DNA from: a virus
IMG/VR virus record: IMGVR_UViG_3300032896_000001
Location: 32,001 to 96,000 of that record
Strand: one strand, 5' to 3'
DNA length: 64,000 nucleotides
Shown here: positions 47,625-55,947 of the stretch, piece by piece
How positions within the stretch are numbered: the first letter of the stretch is position 1
Layout of the letters: each line of letters begins with the position of its first letter
Program-made: the position numbers and the translations under genes
Notes under the pieces: generated by a model
Told to the model about the DNA's origin: nothing
What the model saw: the letters and a program-made list of their open reading frames with translations, nothing else
The model's database searches: none

Positions 47625-47984
47625 TCACGACGGCGCTCCCTGCGGGACGGGGCGGAGGGCCGGCCCCGGCTTCGGCATGCTCCGGAGCATCGCGGCGAGC
47701 CTCGCCCGCGCCTTGTGGCCGAGCGCCTTCAGCGTCCGCCTGCGCTTCCGCCGCCGCCAGTTCTTCCACGAGATCCACGCCCAGCCCGCCGCCCCTGCGG
47801 CGTATATCGCGGAGGGGAGCCAGTGCCCGCCCGCCGCGTCAACGGCCGCCGCCAGGCCGAGCGTGACTGCGGCGGCAGCAGCCCACATCGCCGCCCTGCC
47901 GTACCGCCCGCGGCCGACGGCATTGCCGCACAGCCACGCGCTGACGACGCTCAGCAGCCCGATGGCGAAAGCCGGAAGACTCAC
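47625..47984 (-). CDS. Membrane protein with basic tail
   Basis: Three hydrophobic helices, WRRRKRRR. Confidence 0.65.
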   Translation of the reverse strand: MSLPAFAIGLLSVVSAWLCGNAVGRGRYGRAAMWAAAAAVTLGLAAAVDAAGGHWLPSAIYAAGAAGWAWISWKNWRRRKRRRTLKALGHKARARLAAMLRSMPKPGPALRPVPQGAPS

Positions 47985-48193
47985 CCCCGCCCCCTCGCCG
48001 CCGCCCGGAACGCGGGGCACGCCGCCCCGCCGCAGCGCCCGCAGTCCGACCCCGGGCGGTAATGCTCGTGGCACTCGCGGGCGCAGCCGCAGGCGCACGC
48101 CCGGGCCAGGGCGCGCAGCCGCCGCCGGGCCGGCCGCGAGACCCGCCTGGGGGCCGGCCGGGCGCCCGCCGCGCCGCCGCCGATCTTGAGCAT
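47981..48193 (-). CDS. Small CxCG Zn-binding protein
   Basis: CACGCARECHEHYRPGSDCGRC; AAGGAGG RBS. Confidence 0.65.
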   Translation of the reverse strand: MLKIGGGAAGARPAPRRVSRPARRRLRALARACACGCARECHEHYRPGSDCGRCGGAACPAFRAAARGRG

Positions 48194-48272
48194 GCAGTCC
48201 TCCTTGGTGGCGCCCCCCGCGCCGTCCGGTTCTCGCGGCCGGGCGGCGCGGGGGGCTGTCGTGCTTGCCGGG

Positions 48273-49265
48273 TCAGCTGGCGGCGGCGCAGGCCCCGGTG
48301 ATGTCCCCGGTGTTGGCGTTGAACGCCTGCACCATCGTTTCCTGCACCTTCGGCGAGGTGCAGTTCTCGCTGGTCGCAAGGTAGGTGAACGAGTAGTCAG
48401 GCTGGCTCACCGCGCCCGCCCCGGCGGACGACGCGATCTTCGTGCCGGCCGGGAAGAACGGCGCGTACCAGGCGGCGTCGCCGCTGCCCGACGCGTACGA
48501 GTCGTTCAGGTTGTTCACCGTCGCGGGCACCCCGGAGGAGCTGAGGGAACCCGAGTCGGCGTAGAACTCGAAATCAAACGAGCCGTCGAGCGTCCCCTGC
48601 ACGATGCCGTCGATGGCCTTCCCGCCGAGGGGGGAGTTCGCCCCCGCGAGGGTCTGGAAGGTCCCGTCCATCGACGCGGTGCCCGTGTAGTAGTAGCAGG
48701 TCGCGTTGCCGGCGGGGGCGTTGGAGCACTCCGACAGGTCGGCGGCGGCGTGCCGGGTGATGCTGACGTCGAACGCGAAGTCGTCCAGCGCCCAGATCCC
48801 GCCGTTCGCCAGCGTGAGCGGCTCGGTCCCGCTCGCGCTGTCCGGGTCGTTGCTCACCGAGATGTCGGCGGACGCGGTGACCGGGGCGGCGTTCGCCCCC
48901 GGGGCCCCCGCGGGACCCGCAGGGCCCGCCGGGCCGGTCGCCCCGGTCGCCCCGGTCGCGCCCTTCGGCCCCGTCGCCCCGGTCGCGCCCGCGGCTCCCC
49001 TGGGGCCGGTCACGCCCCAGTAGACGAGGAACGAGCCGGACGGGCAGGTGGTCCCGGACGTGTTCGACTCGAAGACGCGCTCCAGCACCCGGCCGGAGCC
49101 GGTCACGCAGCCGTGCAGGGTCCCCGCGGGGATGGAGACGGCGGCGGCGCTCGCGCCGAGCGCCCCGGTCGCGGCCATCGCGATGCCGCCCCCGGCCAGC
49201 GCGAGGGCGACGGCGCCCCCGCCGACGGCGATCCGCAACGGCATCCGCCTAACAGACTTCAACAT
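48273..49265 (-). CDS. Secreted collagen-repeat protein
   Basis: Signal peptide, Gly-X-Y repeats, Cys pairs; GAGGAG RBS. Confidence 0.75.
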   Translation of the reverse strand: MLKSVRRMPLRIAVGGGAVALALAGGGIAMAATGALGASAAAVSIPAGTLHGCVTGSGRVLERVFESNTSGTTCPSGSFLVYWGVTGPRGAAGATGATGPKGATGATGATGPAGPAGPAGAPGANAAPVTASADISVSNDPDSASGTEPLTLANGGIWALDDFAFDVSITRHAAADLSECSNAPAGNATCYYYTGTASMDGTFQTLAGANSPLGGKAIDGIVQGTLDGSFDFEFYADSGSLSSSGVPATVNNLNDSYASGSGDAAWYAPFFPAGTKIASSAGAGAVSQPDYSFTYLATSENCTSPKVQETMVQAFNANTGDITGACAAAS

Positions 49266-49648
49266 GGAACTACTCCTCGGTTTAACGGACCTGCCCGGGT
49301 TATCCCGGGCAGGGGCCTGTGGGGCGGCGAGCCGCCGCTGCGGGGGCCGCGCGCGGACCCGGGGCGGCCGCGCGGCCGCCACCCGGGGTCCGGGGACCTC
49401 CCCTATCTCGTCCTCCGCGACCCTGAGCGCCTCCCGCTCGCCGGCGCCGAGCAGGCCGAACTGGTCCCCCGCGGCCGGCCTCGCGTGCGCGGGGGGCCCT
49501 GCCGCCGCCGGCGCCGCCTGCGCGGCCGCCATCCCCGCGAGCACCTCGAGGGCGCTGAGCTGATCGCCCGTCGCCGGGCCGGTGCACGGGCGCCCCCCTA
49601 GCCGCCAGTCGTTGGGCAGGGTGTCGTCGTTAGGGATGGTGGGGGTGC

Positions 49649-49942
49649 TCACGCGGCGCTCCGCCTTTTCTGCTGCTTGGACCTCGAGGCCGCGGTCGCG
49701 ACGGTGCGCGGCGCGGCCGGCTTGTTCAGTCCCCTGGCTATCTCCGCGAGGTTCGCGGGGGAGAACACGATCGACCTGCCGACCCGCGTGCACGGGAACA
49801 GGCCGCTGCGGGCCCTCTTGAGCAGCCAGTAGCCGGTCGTCTTCCCCGAGGGGTCGAGAATGCCCGCCGCCTCGGCGGGCGTGTAGTGAACGGGGGCGCC
49901 GACTGCGGCGAGCTCCTCCGGGGACGGCCGTGCCGTCGTCAT
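49649..49942 (-). CDS. Excisionase-like HTH
   Basis: YTPAEAAGIL..RVGRSIVFS; next to the switch. Confidence 0.7.
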   Translation of the reverse strand: MTTARPSPEELAAVGAPVHYTPAEAAGILDPSGKTTGYWLLKRARSGLFPCTRVGRSIVFSPANLAEIARGLNKPAAPRTVATAASRSKQQKRRSAA

Positions 49943-50193
49943 TGCTCCTCCTGCTCTGCCTGCTCTGCCTGCTCGAGTCGAGCGAGCAGGTCCGCGTACC
50001 GGGCTGCGCGCTCGCCGTGCGGCATCTTCCGTCCCGCCTCCCAGTCGGCCACCGTCGGCTGGGTCACGCCCACCGCCTCGGCCACCTCGGCCTGCGACAG
50101 GCGGGATCGCTTCCTGATCTCCCGCACCCGCCCGCTGGCCACGTCCGCGCGCAGGCGCGCCAGCGTCACGGCGCTGTCCGCCGATATCGTCAT
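49939..50193 (-). CDS. Cro-like XRE HTH
   Basis: LSQAEVAEAVGVTQPTVADWEAG. Confidence 0.85.
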   Translation of the reverse strand: MTISADSAVTLARLRADVASGRVREIRKRSRLSQAEVAEAVGVTQPTVADWEAGRKMPHGERAARYADLLARLEQAEQAEQEEQ

Positions 50194-50275
50194 AGGATTC
50201 CTTCCGACCACACATGGGGATACTAATCCTATTTCAGGATGCGGCGCGACTACATAGCCATGTAATGTCTGATCC
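50194..50275. promoter_or_regulatory. Divergent lysis/lysogeny switch region
   Basis: AT-rich; TAATGT 7 nt before the repressor ATG; palindrome TACAT-N4-ATGTA. Confidence 0.65.
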
Positions 50276-50785
50276 ATGTCATCGGATGACGAGCGACTCC
50301 GCGGCGAGCGGAAGGCGTTCGGCGAGAACCTCCGCGCCGTCCGCGAGCGCCGCGGCACGGGCCAGCGGGAACTCGCCGCGCGCATGGCCGCGCAGGGCTA
50401 CCCGTGGCACCAGAACACGGTCACCAGGGTCGAGGCGGGCGACCGGTCCGTCTCCTTCTACGAGGCGATGGCCCTCGCGGCGCTCCTCGGCGTGACGACG
50501 GACCGGTTCACCTGGTCGGCCCCGGAGGCGGCCGAGCGGGAGATGGCCGCCGCCGCCGCCGCGCGGCTTCGCGGGGCGTGGCGCGAGCTCGCCCTCGCGA
50601 AGGCGCGGCTCGACGACGCCCGCGACGCCGCGGCGCGCACCGCCGAGCGCGGCGCGAAGTCGGAGTTTCCCCGCGTCGCCGAGGCGGCGCGCGGGATCGC
50701 CGAGGACATCGAGGACTGCACGGCCGAGCTCGCGCTCGCCGAGGCGGACAGGATCAGGGAGCGCGACGAGAAAGGCGGCGGCTGA
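50276..50785 (+). CDS. Immunity repressor (XRE HTH)
   Basis: FGENLRAVR..QRELA..WHQNTVTRVEAG; divergent from cro, coupled to int. Confidence 0.8.
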   Translation: MSSDDERLRGERKAFGENLRAVRERRGTGQRELAARMAAQGYPWHQNTVTRVEAGDRSVSFYEAMALAALLGVTTDRFTWSAPEAAEREMAAAAAARLRGAWRELALAKARLDDARDAAARTAERGAKSEFPRVAEAARGIAEDIEDCTAELALAEADRIRERDEKGGG

Positions 50786-52470
50786 TGGCGTACGCGGAGA
50801 GAGTGCCGTCCCCGAGGGGCGACTACTGGCGGGGCCGGTACAGGGATGCGGGCGGGGGCTGGGTGACCGTCCGCGACGAGAACGGCGATGTCATCCGGTT
50901 CGCGCTCAAGCAGGACGCGAAGAACGCCGCCGACGACCGCCAGTCCGACGTCCGCAACGGCCGGGTGGCCAAGCCGGCGTCCGAGATGACCTTCGCCGAC
51001 TGGGCCGAGGAATGGTACGGGGGGCTGAACCTCGCCTGGTCGACGATGGCGGGGCGCAGGCGCCACCTAGACGATCACCTCCTCAAGGAGTTCGGCGCGG
51101 TGCGCCTGGCCGACATCACCGAGGCGATGATCGGCGCCTGGGAGATGAAAGAGCGCAAGGAGGGCAAGAAGCCCGCCAGCATCGCGACATGGCGCGGCAC
51201 CCTTCACACCTGCCTCGAGGACGCGGTGCCCGAGATCATCAGCCAGAACCCGGCGCGCCGGAAGGGGAACCGCGGCAAGCGGGCGGACAAGGGCAAGGGC
51301 CGCGGGCCGGAGAAGCCGTTCACCGACGCCCTCGGCGTGCTCCTTATATCCGAGCGGATGGCGATCCTCACCGGCCAGGACCAGGAGTTCGTGATGAGCC
51401 AGGCGTCGTTCTGGGGGGCACTCCGCCTAGGCGAGCTCGTCGGCCTCGAGCGGCGGTACCTCCGGACGGAGGGGCTGCGGGTGGAGTGGCAGCTGCACCA
51501 GCTCGACCTCCAGCAGGCGAGGGAGGGCGAGGCCGACGTCGCGGCGACGATGCGGGCGGAGGCGCCCGGGGGCCTCCTGCGCTGCCCGCCGAAGGACAAC
51601 TCGTTCGGCGACGTGATCCTCGCCCCGTTCATGACGGCGATGCTCGACGGGTTCGCGGCGTCCCGCCCGGCCCGCTCGTGCCCGTGCCACGGTCACGCCT
51701 ACCTGTTCCGGGGGTTCGGCGTCCCGTCCGGCGGCCGGGCGCCCGACGGCTCCGTGACGCTGGCCGACCTGGCCGCGATCGCGGGCGTGTCGCCGACCAC
51801 GGCGCGCAAGGCGCTGACGGGCGCGGCCGGGATATCGGCGGTCGTGCGGAAGCGCGTCGAGGAGACCGCGGCCGCGACCGGCTTCGCGCGCCGCCGCGCG
51901 GCGGCCGACCCGGCGTGGCACTGGCGCCGCAGCGCGTTCGAGGCGCTGGTGTCCGCTGCGGCGACCGGCGAGCTCCCCAAGGCCGGCCGGGGGCTGCCGA
52001 AGCGCCCCGTGCCGCTCGGCGGCGAGTGGCCGGGGACGCGGCTGAGGGGGCCGGGCGCGATCAGCCGGGCGACGCTGCGCTGGGAGCCGGTGGCGCCGGG
52101 CCTGACCCCGCACCTGATGGCGCGCCACTCGATGCGCACGCTGATGGAGGAGAAGCGGATCCCGCACATCATGTCCGAGACCCACCTGCGGCACGACATC
52201 CCCGGGGTGTCGGGGGCCTACCGCCACGTGACCGACAACATGAGGGAGGAGCTCGCCGCGATGATGACCGCGGAGCACGAGAGGGCCCTCGACGCCCGGC
52301 TCGCGATGTCGCCCCGCTCCCCCGTGGCGGTCCTCGACGCGATGCTTCTCGAGCGCTCGGAGGCCCGGAAAATCCGGGCCGTCTCCAGAATCTCACCAGA
52401 ACATGACAATGCGGTAGTTTCCCTCCCGACCGGTACGCGGCCTGACCTGCGGAGGGATGGTCGTGCGTGA
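50785..52470 (+). CDS. int: Tyrosine integrase with inserted LacI-type HTH
   Basis: R (LRLGEL), K (PKD), H..RH, H, Y (GAYRH); VTLADLAAIAGVSPTT. Confidence 0.9.
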   Translation: MAYAERVPSPRGDYWRGRYRDAGGGWVTVRDENGDVIRFALKQDAKNAADDRQSDVRNGRVAKPASEMTFADWAEEWYGGLNLAWSTMAGRRRHLDDHLLKEFGAVRLADITEAMIGAWEMKERKEGKKPASIATWRGTLHTCLEDAVPEIISQNPARRKGNRGKRADKGKGRGPEKPFTDALGVLLISERMAILTGQDQEFVMSQASFWGALRLGELVGLERRYLRTEGLRVEWQLHQLDLQQAREGEADVAATMRAEAPGGLLRCPPKDNSFGDVILAPFMTAMLDGFAASRPARSCPCHGHAYLFRGFGVPSGGRAPDGSVTLADLAAIAGVSPTTARKALTGAAGISAVVRKRVEETAAATGFARRRAAADPAWHWRRSAFEALVSAAATGELPKAGRGLPKRPVPLGGEWPGTRLRGPGAISRATLRWEPVAPGLTPHLMARHSMRTLMEEKRIPHIMSETHLRHDIPGVSGAYRHVTDNMREELAAMMTAEHERALDARLAMSPRSPVAVLDAMLLERSEARKIRAVSRISPEHDNAVVSLPTGTRPDLRRDGRA

Positions 52471-52641
52471 GCTACCGAGCCCCTTCGCCAGTACAAGGGG
52501 GTCCGCGAAAAAATCTCGTGCAGTTGTCGCAGGTGACAACGCTGCGTGTTCGGCCGCCCAGGTAGCGGCTGCGCGTTCCGGGGCGTTCCCGTGCGCTCCG
52601 GGGTTCTCCGGGGCGATGTCGTCCCCAGATCGTCCCCAGAA
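52381..52641. other. Putative attP region
   Basis: Paired arm-type CCAGA repeats at 52381-52401 and 52621-52641; 10-bp phased repeats 52571-52620. Confidence 0.6.
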
Positions 52642-52656
52642 TTGGAGCGCACGCGC

Positions 52657-53091
52657 GTGACGCGAGTGACGACGAGCCGCGAGGTGCCCGCGTGCTGGAC
52701 ATGGCCGGCCCCGACGGCGGAGGCCCTGGAGAAGGTCCGCCGCCGGATGGTCGCCGACGCCGAGCAGGACGGCGTCGGCTGGCGCCCCAGCCCCCAGGAC
52801 GTCCGCTGGGAACTGATGGATCAGTGGAAGCGCGGCCGGTGCGCGATATGCGGCCGGCGCACAGGCAGGCTGATCGAGGATCATGATCACGAAACCGGGC
52901 TGTTCCGGGGCTGGCTATGCCGGGCCTGCAACACCTGCGAAGGGTATGCAGGGGACCGCGAGCCCTTCGCCGCGTACCGTGAGCGGAGCCCGGCCATCAT
53001 CTTTAACCTCAAGTCGCAGTACTCCAACCTCTACGCCTGGGGGTCCTCGACGAACGTCACGCCTCCCGCATCTTCTCCGGGTCAGCGATGA
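52657..53091 (+). CDS. Endonuclease VII-like protein
   Basis: CAICG..EDHDHETGLFRGWLCRACN. Confidence 0.8.
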   Translation: MTRVTTSREVPACWTWPAPTAEALEKVRRRMVADAEQDGVGWRPSPQDVRWELMDQWKRGRCAICGRRTGRLIEDHDHETGLFRGWLCRACNTCEGYAGDREPFAAYRERSPAIIFNLKSQYSNLYAWGSSTNVTPPASSPGQR

Positions 53092-53320
53092 ACGACCCCC
53101 CGTACGTCGAGTACTCGGCGGTCCAGTAGATCTGGACGACATTGCGCCCGCGGTCGTCGGTCCACCAGGCGCGGACGTCGACCGGGTGCCACTGCTTGTC
53201 GCCGAAGAGGAACTCCCACCCGGTCTCGCTCTCGTCCCGGTGCCAGCCGGTGTCACGGCGGGTCGTGTCGCGGGACAGCGCCACCTCGAGGGCGGGGGAG
53301 TTCCTCGGGCTCGGCGGCAT
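53057..53320 (-). CDS. Hypothetical protein
   Basis: Trp-rich, 87 aa. Confidence 0.6.
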   Translation of the reverse strand: MPPSPRNSPALEVALSRDTTRRDTGWHRDESETGWEFLFGDKQWHPVDVRAWWTDDRGRNVVQIYWTAEYSTYGGSFIADPEKMREA

Positions 53321-53330
53321 GAGAGTAGGT

Positions 53331-53675
53331 CTACCCAGCTAATTGCCAGCCGGTGACAGGTAATTGCGGTGCTGACGCCCGGACGACGCGCCTGGCAAGG
53401 GCGGCAAGCTGCGAGTCCCCGCGCCATGAGTCGTCACCCGGTTCCCACGGCTGCGTGTAGCCGCTGACCGGGGAGCCGGAGTGCGCGTGAACGCCGGGGC
53501 TGCAGATGTTGCGATCGGCCGGCACGCGCCAGCGGTCGCCCTGGTCGGTGTCCTCGTTGTGGCAGCACTCGATCAGGGGGCAGAGGCAGAGCAGGCCGAG
53601 GTGGCGGTCAACGCCTGTTGCGTCGCGGAACCGGCGGTTGTCGATCAGGTCCGACCAGCGATGATGCCCGCTCAC
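53331..53675 (-). CDS. Hypothetical protein
   Basis: GTGA overlap; two TTA codons in the last 10 codons. Confidence 0.55.
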   Translation of the reverse strand: MSGHHRWSDLIDNRRFRDATGVDRHLGLLCLCPLIECCHNEDTDQGDRWRVPADRNICSPGVHAHSGSPVSGYTQPWEPGDDSWRGDSQLAALARRVVRASAPQLPVTGWQLAG

Positions 53676-54106
53676 CGCTCGGACTCGTTCTGCTTGATGT
53701 GGTGCGCGGCGGCGATCCACCAGGCGGCGTCGCGGTCACTGGCCGCAGACCGCTCGGCCTCGGTGCAGCAGGCGTCGTAGAGCGCGGCGACGGGCGGTTC
53801 CATGCCCTTGTAGCACGGCTTCTGCGGTCGGAGCCCCCGCTTCCTCGCGGCGAACAGGTGCCCGAGCTCGTACTCGGCGCGCAGCGGCTTCAGGTCGTCG
53901 AGGGTCCTCCGCAGGAGCGGCACGTCGGCGACCATGATCTCCTCGAAGTCGGCGGTCGCCCAGTGGAACAGGTCATTGCACTCGGCGAACAGCCGCGTCT
54001 CGCGGTTCGCGCCCGGGGTCATGTCGACTCGCCAGATGAGCGCGGCCTCGAAGTCCTCGGCCTCGGCGAAGAGGGCGAAGACCTCAGCGGCCTCGTACGG
54101 CGTCAT
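53672..54106 (-). CDS. Hypothetical protein (leaderless)
   Basis: CNDLFHWATAD..RPQ; TACGCT 6 nt before ATG. Confidence 0.75.
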   Translation of the reverse strand: MTPYEAAEVFALFAEAEDFEAALIWRVDMTPGANRETRLFAECNDLFHWATADFEEIMVADVPLLRRTLDDLKPLRAEYELGHLFAARKRGLRPQKPCYKGMEPPVAALYDACCTEAERSAASDRDAAWWIAAAHHIKQNESER

Positions 54107-54466
54107 GATCCGAGCGTAGCCCCGGAAAGCGCGGACCCGGCAGCCAAGGGGCCTGCCGGGTCCGGCACTGTCACGGGGCGCGGCGGCGGCTGGCCAGGTG
54201 CCGCCCGCGGCTTCAGGTCACCGCGCCCCGCTGCCCGGGACCTGGCCGCGCCGCGCAGTGGTGCGGCGCGCGGCGTTGTCCGGCGGTTCCCGGGCCGTTC
54301 TTTACGTAGCGCGGCGCCGGGCCAGAGTGATCCGGCCCGGCGCCGCTTCTCCATGGCGGGGAGGCAGGGAGCGAACTGTCTCAGCCGTCGCCGCTGGCCG
54401 GCTCGCCCTACGCCGGCGATCCCGTCCCTGTGCGCCATCCCCTTATTGGGAAGCCCGCAGGTGATC

Positions 54467-54784
54467 CTAGCCGACGCGCAGCCGCCCGCATTCGCGTGCC
54501 TCGAACATGACGGTGATCCCCTTGGCCTTCGCCTGCCGTCCGAAGCAGGCGGGGCACAAGATCCCGTGCAGCGACCCGTGGGCCTCCGCGTACAGGTCGT
54601 CGGGCGCTCTCCAGAGCGGGAACTTGCGCCCGCAGTCCTGGCAGTGCTCGCCTATCTCGAACAGCGGGTGGAGGACGAAGTCCGCCCACCACAGGCGCAG
54701 CAGCCCGGCGGGCGACGTCGGCTTGCGGCCGGTCCGGATCGCCCATCGCAGGCGGCCGAGCGCGCCGGGCTTGACCGCGGTCAC
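54467..54784 (-). CDS. Zn-finger protein
   Basis: CQDCG..ILCPACF. Confidence 0.65.
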   Translation of the reverse strand: MTAVKPGALGRLRWAIRTGRKPTSPAGLLRLWWADFVLHPLFEIGEHCQDCGRKFPLWRAPDDLYAEAHGSLHGILCPACFGRQAKAKGITVMFEARECGRLRVG

Positions 54785-54996
54785 CCGGCCGGCTGGCCGA
54801 ACCGGTCGAACTCCCCGTTCCTGACCCCGCCGATGAAGGCACGCATCTCGTCCGGCGTGAAGCGCAGGACCGGGCCCTGCGGATCCCGGCTGTTGCGGAC
54901 TCCGACGACGCTGCCGCCGAGGTCGGCCACCTCCACGCACGTGCCCGCCCCGGAGTCGCTCAGCGTGCTTTTCACCCACTCGGCCCCGCCGCTCAC
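54781..54996 (-). CDS. DUF397 family protein
   Basis: WVKSTLS..CVEVA..VGVRNSRDP.GPVLRFT. Confidence 0.9.
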   Translation of the reverse strand: MSGGAEWVKSTLSDSGAGTCVEVADLGGSVVGVRNSRDPQGPVLRFTPDEMRAFIGGVRNGEFDRFGQPAG

Positions 54997-55256
54997 CCCG
55001 CGCTCGCGAACCGGTCGAACTCGCCGAGACGGACGCCGCCGATGAACGCGTCCCACTCGGCGGGGGTGAAGGACAGCGTGCCGCCTTCGGGGTCCCTGCT
55101 GTTGCGGACGAGGATCGCGCCGGTTTCCAGGCCCGCCACCTCCACGCAGGCGCCGACGGCGACGCTCCGCGAGCTTTTGACCCACGCGACTTCGACGCAG
55201 TTTCCGTTGGCGAAGCTGAGAGAGCTCTTGATCCACTCCGGGCCCGACTGTTGCAT
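54993..55256 (-). CDS. DUF397 family protein with duplicated WxKSS..CVEVA motif
   Basis: WIKSSLSFANGNCVEVA WVKSSRS..CVEVA..VRNSRDP. Confidence 0.9.
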   Translation of the reverse strand: MQQSGPEWIKSSLSFANGNCVEVAWVKSSRSVAVGACVEVAGLETGAILVRNSRDPEGGTLSFTPAEWDAFIGGVRLGEFDRFASAG

Positions 55257-55499
55257 GACGCTGCCTCCGTTGTTCCGATTTGCCATCTTTGACTACTTAT
55301 TGTTCCCGAATCGTTTCCCTCTGTACAGGTCGCGGAGCCAGCGGGCGAGGCGCTTCACCGGAGCCACTGCTCCCATAGATCGGGCCTCCAGATGGTTGTC
55401 GGAGTCGGGTAGCCGGTCATGGTGGGCGCGCAGACGACCGTCACCGTGATCCCCGATGTGCGGGTCACGGATTCGGCGAGCGGCCGGCCCTCGTCCTGG

Positions 55500-55718
55500 T
55501 TATCCGCCATTGCCGCCGCCCTCCGTTTTCCGCCCGCAGGTCGGGCAGATGCCCAGCACCATCATCGCGCCCCGGCGGAGCACGTCGCTGACCGACTCGC
55601 CGTTCTCGTCCGCGAGTTGCCGCAGTGCCGTCACCACATCGCCGGGAAGCCGGAAAGAGGTCATCTCGCCGCGCCCCTTTCCCGTCGCCGGGCTCGCGTC
55701 ATTCGCAGGCTGGGTCAT
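55500..55718 (-). CDS. CopG/RHH DNA-binding protein
   Basis: TSFRLP..LRQLA..SVSDVLRR. Confidence 0.7.
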   Translation of the reverse strand: MTQPANDASPATGKGRGEMTSFRLPGDVVTALRQLADENGESVSDVLRRGAMMVLGICPTCGRKTEGGGNGG

Positions 55719-55947
55719 CGGCCGCCTCCGGGTCGTCACGAAACGAGCGCCAGTCAACCTCGAGCCACGCCAGTCCCCGGCCCTCGCTGACCTCGGCCAC
55801 GACCGCGTCGGCCATGATGCCGTCGAACGGCTCCACCGCGAGTACCTTGTCACCAGCGGCGACGGGGCCGCTGGCCTTCGCAAGGTGCCCGTATGCACGG
55901 CCGTTGCGGTCGCGCTCGTTGAAGTCGACGGGGATTCGGACGGTCAC
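55699..55947 (-). CDS. Hypothetical protein
   Basis: IPVDFNE; coupled. Confidence 0.6.
   Translation of the reverse strand: MTVRIPVDFNERDRNGRAYGHLAKASGPVAAGDKVLAVEPFDGIMADAVVAEVSEGRGLAWLEVDWRSFRDDPEAADDPACE

Noticed and set aside
48895-49010. 9-bp tandem repeats
   Set aside because: Explained by collagen Gly-X-Y coding
50276-52470. Integration-dependent immunity (attP inside the repressor)
   Set aside because: att-like repeats lie at the int 3' end, and the repressor has no ssrA-like C-terminal tag
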